Both the position numbers and the translations under genes were made by a program. A DNA stretch of 32,761 nucleotides, taken from positions 1 through 32,761 of the IMG/VR virus record IMGVR_UViG_3300026187_000055, one strand, 5' to 3'. This document shows positions 1 through 5,824 of the stretch, piece after piece. Source of the DNA: a virus (Duplodnaviria > Caudoviricetes). The notes under the pieces were generated by a model. The model ran no database searches and was not told the DNA's origin. It saw only the letters and a program-made list of their open reading frames with translations. Numbering within the stretch: position 1 is the stretch's first letter; each line of letters opens with the position of its first letter.

Positions 1-532
1 AGCTAGTGTAATGCCATGCTTTGAAGTTGGGGTCGCCACCTAACTCGGCTTGTTTGTAGAGGTCATAAAAATGGTTTCTACCCATTGGTGTCCCAATGAA
101 CAAAGCACTTGCCTTCAAGTCTGACAGAGCTGGGCGTAAAATCAACTCCCATACGTCAGGCTTCATGTCTGCGTATTCATCTAATACTAGGTAGGCTAGG
201 GAGACACCCCTCATAGTCTCTGGTCTGTCTGCTCCCTTTAGAGAAATGGTAATCCCGTTAATTAATTTAATCTGTAAGTTGTTAACGTGGGAGCCTTCAA
301 CCATGTCCCCTCCTAATTCTAAGAGGAGGTTCCACATAATATCTCTAGCCTGACCTTGAGTAGGGGCTACATAGAAAACGTGGCCTTTAGTAGCTTGTAA
401 AGCATTCACTAGAAGCAAATAAGCCGCAAGACGGGATTTTCCTGTCCTACGGCCTGCTGCGACTACCTTGAAGCGGGTAGGGTCGTTCCAGACCTCCTGC
501 TGCCAATTTAGTAGATTTATATCTAAGTTCAT
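1..532 (-). CDS. terL: Terminase large subunit, N-terminal ATPase part (runs off the left edge; not in the ORF track)
   Basis: Manual translation from ATG 532: MNLDINLLNWQQEVWNDPTRFKVVAAGRRTGKS (Walker A)...FYVAPTQGQARDIMW...GADRPETMRG...LVLDEYAD (Walker B)...FIGTPMGRNHFY. ATGA overlap with the upstream ORF. Confidence 0.95.
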   Translation of the reverse strand, partial: MNLDINLLNWQQEVWNDPTRFKVVAAGRRTGKSRLAAYLLLVNALQATKGHVFYVAPTQGQARDIMWNLLLELGGDMVEGSHVNNLQIKLINGITISLKGADRPETMRGVSLAYLVLDEYADMKPDVWELILRPALSDLKASALFIGTPMGRNHFYDLYKQAELGGDPNFKAWHYTS

Positions 533-777
533 GCGTTGCGGGTAGCTTTAACCTTTTTCCAAAGGTCAGCATCAGCCTTCCTAGCACCACCAGAGCCAGA
601 AGCAAAAGACTTAGCTCTAGCAATGCCCCACGCTGTAGGAGTCATGCCTGGACGCGACCCAGAAGAATAAAAAGCACCCTGACCACGCTTAACTACTTTC
701 CTTAAAATGCTAACAGGAACATTATGTTTCTTAGAAAGTTTTTGAAGTGTAGTTGTGGTGCTATCTTTTTTTGGCAT
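529..777 (-). CDS. Small basic hypothetical protein
   Basis: 82 aa, Lys/Arg-rich. Overlaps both neighbours in an operon-like chain. Confidence 0.75.
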   Translation of the reverse strand: MPKKDSTTTTLQKLSKKHNVPVSILRKVVKRGQGAFYSSGSRPGMTPTAWGIARAKSFASGSGGARKADADLWKKVKATRNA

Positions 778-955
778 TTCGCGACCTCCTTTTAGCTATA
801 GCGTCCATCTCAGCTTTAGTGAGGGTTCCCTGTTTGTATTTACGGGCGGTAGACCTTATTTCGTTCTCTGTAGCCGTGCGATTAGTAGCGCCACGGACAT
901 ACTTTTTGGGAGTACCCCTAGCAGTCTTAGAAACTCTTGAGAATCTACGAGCCAT
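761..955 (-). CDS. Small highly basic hypothetical protein
   Basis: 64 aa, Arg/Lys-rich. TGATG coupling to the upstream micro-ORF. Confidence 0.7.
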   Translation of the reverse strand: MARRFSRVSKTARGTPKKYVRGATNRTATENEIRSTARKYKQGTLTKAEMDAIAKRRSRNAKKR

Positions 956-1011
956 CAGTATCTAACTGGCGGCTTTTTAACTTTTTTCTTACCTTTCTTT
1001 TTAATAGGCAT
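955..1011 (-). CDS. 18-aa lysine-rich micro-ORF (MPIKKKGKKKVKKPPVRY)
   Basis: Below the ORF-track cutoff. Fills the gap exactly, has GGAG just upstream, and its TGA overlaps the next ATG. Confidence 0.55.
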   Translation of the reverse strand: MPIKKKGKKKVKKPPVRY

Positions 1012-1013
1012 AA

Positions 1014-1190
1014 TTATCTCCAGTTTGAACGTGCTTTGTTTTGAGCCTTCTTACTCAGCTCACCGTAATGAAAGAGCTTAACACTAGAACTTGTGTGTTT
1101 AGCCCCAGAATGTAACTCACCATTGGGCATTTTATGAGTACCACCTTTATGAATAGTTCCATCTTTCTTGTAGTGGTTAACGCCCCTCAT
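1014..1190 (-). CDS. Small His/Lys-rich hypothetical protein
   Basis: MRGVNHYKKDGTIHKGGTHKMPNGELHSG. Start moved to ATG 1190, which overlaps the end of the lysozyme gene. Confidence 0.7.
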   Translation of the reverse strand: MRGVNHYKKDGTIHKGGTHKMPNGELHSGAKHTSSSVKLFHYGELSKKAQNKARSNWR

Positions 1191-1611
1191 CTGGATATTC
1201 TCCATGTTGAATCATGTGTGCTACGTCTAAGGCTCTCTGACCCACCTGAGAGGCCCATAGAGAGTCTAAAAACTCTACTGAAGCCTCTGGGTAGTCTTTT
1301 GTTTCCATCAGTTTAAGAGCCAGTCTGAAGCCTCTGAGACGGGGTAGACCAATATTGAAACAGATGTTAATCATTGCATCCTTCCGAACTCTATCTAAAT
1401 CTTCATAGAAACGAAAGGCATTGGTTAATTCTTCATCAGTTCTTTGGATGTCGTTGTTTAATAGGGTGTAGATTTCCCCATCAGAAAGTCCTAATCCACC
1501 ATCCTCGTCAATATTCCTACCGACTCCTATAGTCCACTTACCAGCGGGGCATTTATAGGCGAAGCGTTTAACCCCTTCGTGCTTAGCTAGTTGGTCGGCT
1601 AATCTATTCAA
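1177..1611 (-). CDS. Endolysin, T4-lysozyme-like (GH24)
   Basis: E12-x8-C21-x5-T27 catalytic arrangement (HEGVKRFAYKCPAGKWTIGVG) and the C-terminal DSLWASQVGQRA motif. Confidence 0.9.
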   Translation of the reverse strand: MNRLADQLAKHEGVKRFAYKCPAGKWTIGVGRNIDEDGGLGLSDGEIYTLLNNDIQRTDEELTNAFRFYEDLDRVRKDAMINICFNIGLPRLRGFRLALKLMETKDYPEASVEFLDSLWASQVGQRALDVAHMIQHGEYPDEGR

Positions 1612-2026
1612 TTACTTCACCCTCAATGTCCTGAACCCCAGTATCTATGCGGTCTATAGAGGATACGTTGATTTGAATGACTGGCTTTTCATTCCCTTTT
1701 GTTTTATCATAATGACTTAAAGGGGCCATTCTATCCATTATTAACTTCCAAGCTGCGGCCTGATTCTTATGCTCAGGGTCTTCAGCAGCTTTAACAATGG
1801 CATCTATAACGTGTTCTATTCTATTAGCGGATAGGAGGCGTTCCTCAAGCTTCTTAATGGCAGTCCTCATACCTTTAGGTCTACCCTTAGCCTTCTTACC
1901 CTCATCTTCCCACTGTTGGCGAGTCATCAACCTATCAGGTTTACGAGGCCTACCCCTTCCCCTCTTCTTAGGTTCTTCCTCTACAGAACAGTCAGTAATA
2001 CCACTTGGTGCATTTAAATCATTCAT
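1604..2026 (-). CDS. terS: Probable terminase small subunit
   Basis: First gene of the packaging transcript. KKRGRGRPRK/GRPKG basic motifs, helical core (HKNQAAAWKLIMDR), beta-rich C-terminus. Start re-set to ATG 2026. Confidence 0.7.
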   Translation of the reverse strand: MNDLNAPSGITDCSVEEEPKKRGRGRPRKPDRLMTRQQWEDEGKKAKGRPKGMRTAIKKLEERLLSANRIEHVIDAIVKAAEDPEHKNQAAAWKLIMDRMAPLSHYDKTKGNEKPVIQINVSSIDRIDTGVQDIEGEVIE

Positions 2027-2032
2027 TGGCGA

Positions 2033-2062
2033 ATCATACCAATATTTAGCGAAAAATACCAA
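2033..2062 (-). promoter_or_regulatory. sigma70-type promoter for terS (extended -10), probably giving a leaderless mRNA
   Basis: Minus strand TTGGTA-18 bp-TATGAT with TG at the extended position. The ATG lies 6 nt after the -10 box and has no SD. Confidence 0.55.
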
Positions 2063-2068
2063 AAAGTA

Positions 2069-2081
2069 TAACTTATTGATA
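2069..2081 (-). promoter_or_regulatory. IHF binding site
   Basis: TATCAATAAGTTA is a perfect match to WATCAANNNNTTR, in an AT-rich context. Confidence 0.55.
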
Positions 2082-2175
2082 TAAAAACTATTTCGTTGGT
2101 TTTTTGAAATCGCTCTTTTGCAAGATTGGGTGGGTACTATAATAATTACGACACGCCAGCTCCCCTCCCCCCTAC

Positions 2176-2273
2176 TTATCCACAACCCCCTGACTTATCC
2201 ACAGCTTATCCACAGGCTCCAGGCTGACTTATCCACAGACTTATCCACAGTGTTGATAACTTATTGGGGATAA
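2176..2273. promoter_or_regulatory. DnaA-box array
   Basis: Perfect TTATCCACA at 2176, 2195, 2206, 2229 and 2241 (all +). Inverted one-mismatch boxes at 2251-2259 (TTATCAACA) and 2265-2273 (TTATCCCCA). Confidence 0.9.
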
Positions 2274-2278
2274 CTTAC

Positions 2279-2316
2279 TACTGGATGGATATACAGTACT
2301 GGATGGATTAACAGTG
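2279..2316. promoter_or_regulatory. Two tandem LexA (SOS) boxes
   Basis: taCTGgatggatataCAGta (core 2281-2296) and taCTGgatggattaaCAGtg (core 2299-2314). Both fit CTG-N10-CAG with the expected flanks. Confidence 0.8.
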
Positions 2317-2397
2317 TGGGGGTTTGTATGGCAACCAATACCCCAGTCAGCACCCAATAAATCTACTTTCATCTATAGGCAATTCCCACCAATAAAC

Positions 2398-2417
2398 TAC
2401 TGTATAAAAGAACAGTA
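2398..2417. promoter_or_regulatory. LexA (SOS) box upstream of the early promoter
   Basis: TACTGTATAAAAGAACAGTA, close to the consensus TACTGTATATATATACAGTA. Confidence 0.85.
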
Positions 2418-2436
2418 AAAATAATCAAAATAATTG

Positions 2437-2465
2437 TTGACCATAGCTATCATATACAATAGTAT
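2437..2465 (+). promoter_or_regulatory. Strong early sigma70 promoter
   Basis: TTGACC-17 bp-TAGTAT, preceded by an A/T tract (UP-element-like, 2417-2436). Confidence 0.75.
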
Positions 2466-2512
2466 CTCTATCACTGCTTAGGCAGAACCACTAACTATAA
2501 AGGTATACAGCA

Positions 2513-2695
2513 ATGCACAAAATATATTTATATAGGTCAAACGGTACTTGGATGGCAGAGCACACAGACCCAATGATTAAAGAGTTATTCGATACTGACA
2601 CATTGCCAACTGCTTACACAGATGACATGCGCGCAGAGAGCGTGGTCGAGTTGGTATCCAATAAGTTTCCGCAATACGAAGTTTGGGAAAAATAA
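2513..2695 (+). CDS. Early hypothetical protein
   Basis: 60-aa ORF, first after the early promoter. Confidence 0.65.
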   Translation: MHKIYLYRSNGTWMAEHTDPMIKELFDTDTLPTAYTDDMRAESVVELVSNKFPQYEVWEK

Positions 2696-2735
2696 TTCGG
2701 GTATTAGCTTTCACACTGCACAAGAGGGTCAAACA

Positions 2736-2927
2736 ATGAACAACTGGCATTCCGAAACAATAGCAAGATTTAAAAAACTAGATAGTGATTCCCTGGAATA
2801 TATCAGGGATGACGCCAAGCAGGCAGCTATTATAGGCGATTCAATCGGCAACGTGAAGGCCGGTCAATATTGGGATGAATACCACTATGCTTGCATGGAA
2901 CTTAAATTCAGGGGGGTTAAACAATGA
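2736..2927 (+). CDS. Early hypothetical protein
   Basis: Start re-set to ATG 2736 (GAGGG SD upstream). ATGA overlap with the next gene. Confidence 0.7.
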   Translation: MNNWHSETIARFKKLDSDSLEYIRDDAKQAAIIGDSIGNVKAGQYWDEYHYACMELKFRGVKQ

Positions 2928-3568
2928 TTAAACTTTCTAAACCATCCAAGATGCCATGCCTATCTTGGTCGCTAGTGGCTCGTGATACTTGCCCAGGTTC
3001 TATAGAAAATGGTGAATTAGTACCAGCATGCGCGGGATGCTATGCCGCCGGTGGTAACTATAGATTCCCCAATGTTAAAGCACCCAGAGTACACAATAAG
3101 GATGATTGGAAGCGGGACGATTGGGTTTCCGATATGGTCCAGGCCCTAGACAATAGCCGCTATTTCCGCTGGTTTGATTCTGGCGACCTATATTCAGTAA
3201 AGCTGGCCGAAAAGATAAAGCTTGTAATGGAAAAGACGCCATGGGTTAACCATTGGCTACCAACGCGCTCGCACAAGTTTAAAAAGTTTCACAAGGTATT
3301 AAACGATATACAGGCATTACCCAATGCCGTTGTAAGGTATTCCAGCGACAGTGTAACGGGTGAAACCATATCAGGCGATACAACTAGCACCATAGTGCCA
3401 ACGCCAGAGCACGCCAGCGATTCAATGTCATTGTGCAAAGCCTATGACAATGACGGCAAATGCGGCACCTGTAGACAGTGTTGGGATAAATCAGCAAAGG
3501 TAATAGCTTACCCAGCGCATGGAAAAAGCATGGCGAAAGTTGTTAATAACATTATAGCGAGGGGATAA
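2924..3568 (+). CDS. Gp88-like Cys-rich protein (radical-SAM-like Fe-S candidate)
   Basis: LSKPSKMP...TCPGS...CAGCYA..GNY, YFRWFDSGD, HWLPTR and C-terminal C..CGTCRQCW resemble the phage gene-product-88 family. Confidence 0.75.
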   Translation: MIKLSKPSKMPCLSWSLVARDTCPGSIENGELVPACAGCYAAGGNYRFPNVKAPRVHNKDDWKRDDWVSDMVQALDNSRYFRWFDSGDLYSVKLAEKIKLVMEKTPWVNHWLPTRSHKFKKFHKVLNDIQALPNAVVRYSSDSVTGETISGDTTSTIVPTPEHASDSMSLCKAYDNDGKCGTCRQCWDKSAKVIAYPAHGKSMAKVVNNIIARG

Positions 3569-3570
3569 AT

Positions 3571-3765
3571 ATGATTGATTTCGAGATAACAAATAACGGG
3601 GAAACAAAATACTTTACTTGGACCAAGCTTTGCGAGTTTTTCGGGACCAAACCATATCAACCAGGCACTCCAGAATTAGCGTCAATCAAGATGGAATTGG
3701 CTAAACGCTGGGATTTAGAACCAGATAGCGTGATTGTCAGAATGAATCAGCAACCGATACTATGA
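3571..3765 (+). CDS. Early hypothetical protein
   Basis: 64-aa ORF with a GAGGGG SD, adjacent to the previous stop. Confidence 0.65.
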   Translation: MIDFEITNNGETKYFTWTKLCEFFGTKPYQPGTPELASIKMELAKRWDLEPDSVIVRMNQQPIL

Positions 3766-3772
3766 GGAAACT

Positions 3773-3958
3773 ATGAGTAAACCACTAATCAGCGACAGAC
3801 TGCAAACTGCCATGGCATACGATAAAGCAATAGACTTGGCGTTTATATTAAACAATGACGACCCGGAATGGCGGTACCATGTAGAGATTGAAGCTTCTAC
3901 AGGTAAGGCAAAGATTGCCATCTTTGATGAAACAGATGACAAGATTGGCTATTTATAA
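3773..3958 (+). CDS. Early hypothetical protein
   Basis: 61-aa acidic ORF with a GAGG SD. Confidence 0.7.
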   Translation: MSKPLISDRLQTAMAYDKAIDLAFILNNDDPEWRYHVEIEASTGKAKIAIFDETDDKIGYL

Positions 3959-3963
3959 ATTGT

Positions 3964-3991
3964 AAAAAGAGCGGCCCCAAACAACGGGGCC
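3964..3991 (-). terminator. GC hairpin, terminator-like on the minus strand
   Basis: GGCCCC-7 nt-GGGGCC (3973-3991) with an A-run on its left side, which reads as a U-tail on the minus strand. Confidence 0.4.
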
Positions 3992-4021
3992 AAATCCCAC
4001 AAAGGATAAGGAAATTATACC

Positions 4022-4207
4022 ATGAATATATCATTTAGCGTTACTGAATCTGAGTACAAGGCATTACGCGCACTTATCTTAGTTGCACATAATAATTTAC
4101 ACACCGACTTAGACAATATGGAGTTATCAGATACCGGAGCATATGTTCTAAGTAGGCAAATGGAAGTATTAGAAAATTTAAAGAAGGTTATCAACCATGA
4201 ACAATAA
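4022..4207 (+). CDS. Early hypothetical protein
   Basis: 61-aa ORF with an AAGGGA SD. Confidence 0.65.
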   Translation: MNISFSVTESEYKALRALILVAHNNLHTDLDNMELSDTGAYVLSRQMEVLENLKKVINHEQ

Positions 4208-4298
4208 GCAAATAGAGCAATTATCCGAGACAGTCTACGCCATACTTTCATGCCTGATTATGGTGGGCTTCACGTTGCTGGTTTTATTTAATCTATAG
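4197..4298 (+). CDS. 33-aa single-pass membrane peptide
   Basis: MNNKQIEQLSETVYAILSCLIMVGFTLLVLFNL. AAGGT upstream, fills the gap between genes. Not in the ORF track. Confidence 0.55.
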   Translation: MNNKQIEQLSETVYAILSCLIMVGFTLLVLFNL

Positions 4299-4306
4299 GG
4301 GTAATC

Positions 4307-4552
4307 ATGCCAACAACTAACTACAAGCTTAAACCAGGCGGGAGAATATGTAGGTGTCCAACCTGCGGAGAGGCATTCTCAGGAATAAAAGCTTTTGATA
4401 TACATAGGGTAGGGGTGCATGGAGAAAATCGCTCCTGCATACGGTTAGGAGGCTCTAACAGGCATATAATCACTACGCCGAAGGGTAAGCATAAAACATT
4501 AGTGCTTGAAACCCTGCCAAGGGGTACATATTGGGGGATATTGAATGAGTAA
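4307..4552 (+). CDS. Zinc-finger protein (CxxC...FDxHR type)
   Basis: CPTCGEAFSGIKAFDIHRVG...C motif. Confidence 0.75.
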   Translation: MPTTNYKLKPGGRICRCPTCGEAFSGIKAFDIHRVGVHGENRSCIRLGGSNRHIITTPKGKHKTLVLETLPRGTYWGILNE

Positions 4553-4931
4553 AGCAGAGACAATTCTTGAGCGGCTAGAGATGGTGAGAAAAACTGGCAT
4601 TAGCAAATGGATTGCTCGATGCCCAGCGCATGATGACGGCACACCAAGTTTATCAGTTACCGAGATAGAAGGCGGGAACCGCGTGTTGATTCACTGTCAT
4701 GGCGGGTGTGGGGCATTGGATGTGCTGGAAAGCATAGGGCTAGACTGGTCTGCGCTGTACCCAGATGACTCAGATAATCGCTACAGGCCATTGTATAGGT
4801 CTAATCAAGACCAGCGAGCCATTGATGACATGATAGTTGCAATCGCACAAGCTAGACGCGACAAGGGTGAGCGGTTAAATGAATCAGATAAGCAAGCTCT
4901 AATCCAGGCAAAGCTAAGAGCGATAGGATAG
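4545..4931 (+). CDS. Stand-alone primase-type zinc-binding (CHC2-like) domain protein
   Basis: WIARCPAHDDGTPSLSV...LIHCHGGC. At 128 aa there is no room for a TOPRIM domain. Confidence 0.8.
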   Translation: MSKAETILERLEMVRKTGISKWIARCPAHDDGTPSLSVTEIEGGNRVLIHCHGGCGALDVLESIGLDWSALYPDDSDNRYRPLYRSNQDQRAIDDMIVAIAQARRDKGERLNESDKQALIQAKLRAIG

Positions 4932-4972
4932 TTATAGTTATAGCTGTACCTAGAGTTATAGCTATAGCTACT
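4931..4972. repeat. Degenerate hexamer tandem repeat (GYTATA, 7 units)
   Basis: gttata-gttata-gctgta-cctaga-gttata-gctata-gctact. Confidence 0.6.
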
Positions 4973-5115
4973 TTGTCATGAAATTCGGACATGAAAAATA
5001 AATTTATGTCATTGATTTTGTTAAGTTAAAGTGCTTAAAAATTGCAATTGCAGTTTGTTGGGTTAACTAGTTATAAAACGCGCGTGTTTCGTTGCTAGTT
5101 ATCAAACACAACACT

Positions 5116-5124
5116 TGCTATTAT
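5116..5124 (+). promoter_or_regulatory. Extended -10 promoter for the replication genes
   Basis: TGcTATTAT, no good -35. The predicted start (~5131) coincides with the beginning of a structured leader. Confidence 0.45.
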
Positions 5125-5129
5125 GTAAC

Positions 5130-5224
5130 TGCGCCTAGCTGCGGGTAGCTCCCTCAGTGAAAACGGCTCTCACTCCCCCGTGGCGCATTATATTTTTGGG
5201 AGTAACAATTAAAGCGGAGTGACT
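5130..5224 (+). ncRNA. Candidate structured cis-regulatory 5' leader of the initiator gene
   Basis: Nested stems TGCGCC/GGCGCA, GGGTAGCTCCC and AGTGA/TCACT. TCACTCC (5170-5176) is complementary to the RBS GGAGTGA (5216-5222). Confidence 0.45.
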
Positions 5225-5824
5225 ATGCACTACTACAAGCGCAATATTGGCGACTACTCCATAAAAGCTGGCAAGCTGACAATGCTTCAGCACGGCGCGT
5301 ACACGCTAATTATGGACTGTTGTTACGATAGGGAACAATTCCCCACCAGAGAGCAAGCTATTGAATGGACTTGGGCAGTCTCAGATGAAGAGGTTGCAGC
5401 AGTAGAATTTGTGCTGTCTCGGTTCTTTACCCTAGAAGGTGAGCATTATGTGCAAAAGCGCATAGCTGAAGAGCTGGGTGCATACCATGACAGGGCAGCA
5501 ATCAATAAGAAGAATAGAGCAAAAGGTAGCAGGACTGGTGACGAATCGTCAACGAATGGTGACAAACGGTCACCTAACCATAAACCACTAACTAATAACC
5601 ATAAACAAATAACTAAGTTTATTAGACCAAAGCCTAGTGAAGTTGAGGACTATGCAAAGCAAATAGGGTTCTCACTTGATGGTGATTATTTCTGCGACTA
5701 CTACGAAGCGAGAGGCTGGAAGCTAAGCACTGGCCCAATGAAGGATTGGAAGGCAGCGGTTAGGACTTGGAAGCGAAACAGAAAAGAAGATAAAGAATTC
5801 AAACCCAGGGAGATAATAATATGA
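5225..5824 (+). CDS. Replication initiator, YdaU/DUF1376-type
   Basis: MHYYKRNIGDY...LTMLQHGAYTLIMDCCYDRE N-terminus and FCDYYEARGW...MKDWKAAVRTW C-terminus. Followed by a helicase. ATG 5225 follows GGAG. Confidence 0.85.
   Translation: MHYYKRNIGDYSIKAGKLTMLQHGAYTLIMDCCYDREQFPTREQAIEWTWAVSDEEVAAVEFVLSRFFTLEGEHYVQKRIAEELGAYHDRAAINKKNRAKGSRTGDESSTNGDKRSPNHKPLTNNHKQITKFIRPKPSEVEDYAKQIGFSLDGDYFCDYYEARGWKLSTGPMKDWKAAVRTWKRNRKEDKEFKPREIII
5537..5616. repeat. Iteron-like repeats inside the initiator gene (probable phage origin)
   Basis: Two GGTGAC-N5-GTCA(A/C)C palindromes 21 bp apart (5537, 5558), then two 21-bp A/C-rich direct repeats TAACCATAAACnAnTAACTAA (5575, 5596). Confidence 0.6.

Noticed and set aside
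1531-1578. Cys instead of Asp in the lysozyme catalytic triad as a sign of inactivation
   Set aside because: E-x8-(D/C)-x5-T is a known active variant among T4-like lysozymes.
2118-2146. TTGCAA...TATAAT as a rightward promoter into the DnaA array
   Set aside because: Spacing to TATAAT is 14 bp, and the 17-bp alternative (AATAAT) is weak. Not supportable without transcript data.
2027-2185. N-terminal extension of ORF 1604..2185
   Set aside because: It runs through the promoter, the IHF site and a DnaA box and has no SD. ATG 2026 is the better start.
2174-2250. ACTTATCCACAG repeats as a mini CRISPR array
   Set aside because: Repeats are 11-13 bp with gaps of only a few bases, there are no cas genes, and the core is exactly the DnaA box.
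4973-4996. TGTCATGAAA...GGACATGAAA as a Pho box
   Set aside because: The repeat spacing is 13 bp rather than 11 bp and the second half-site is degenerate.
5062-5073. GTTAACTAGT as a TrpR operator
   Set aside because: It matches only half of the trp operator. Kept only as one of the palindromes in that block.
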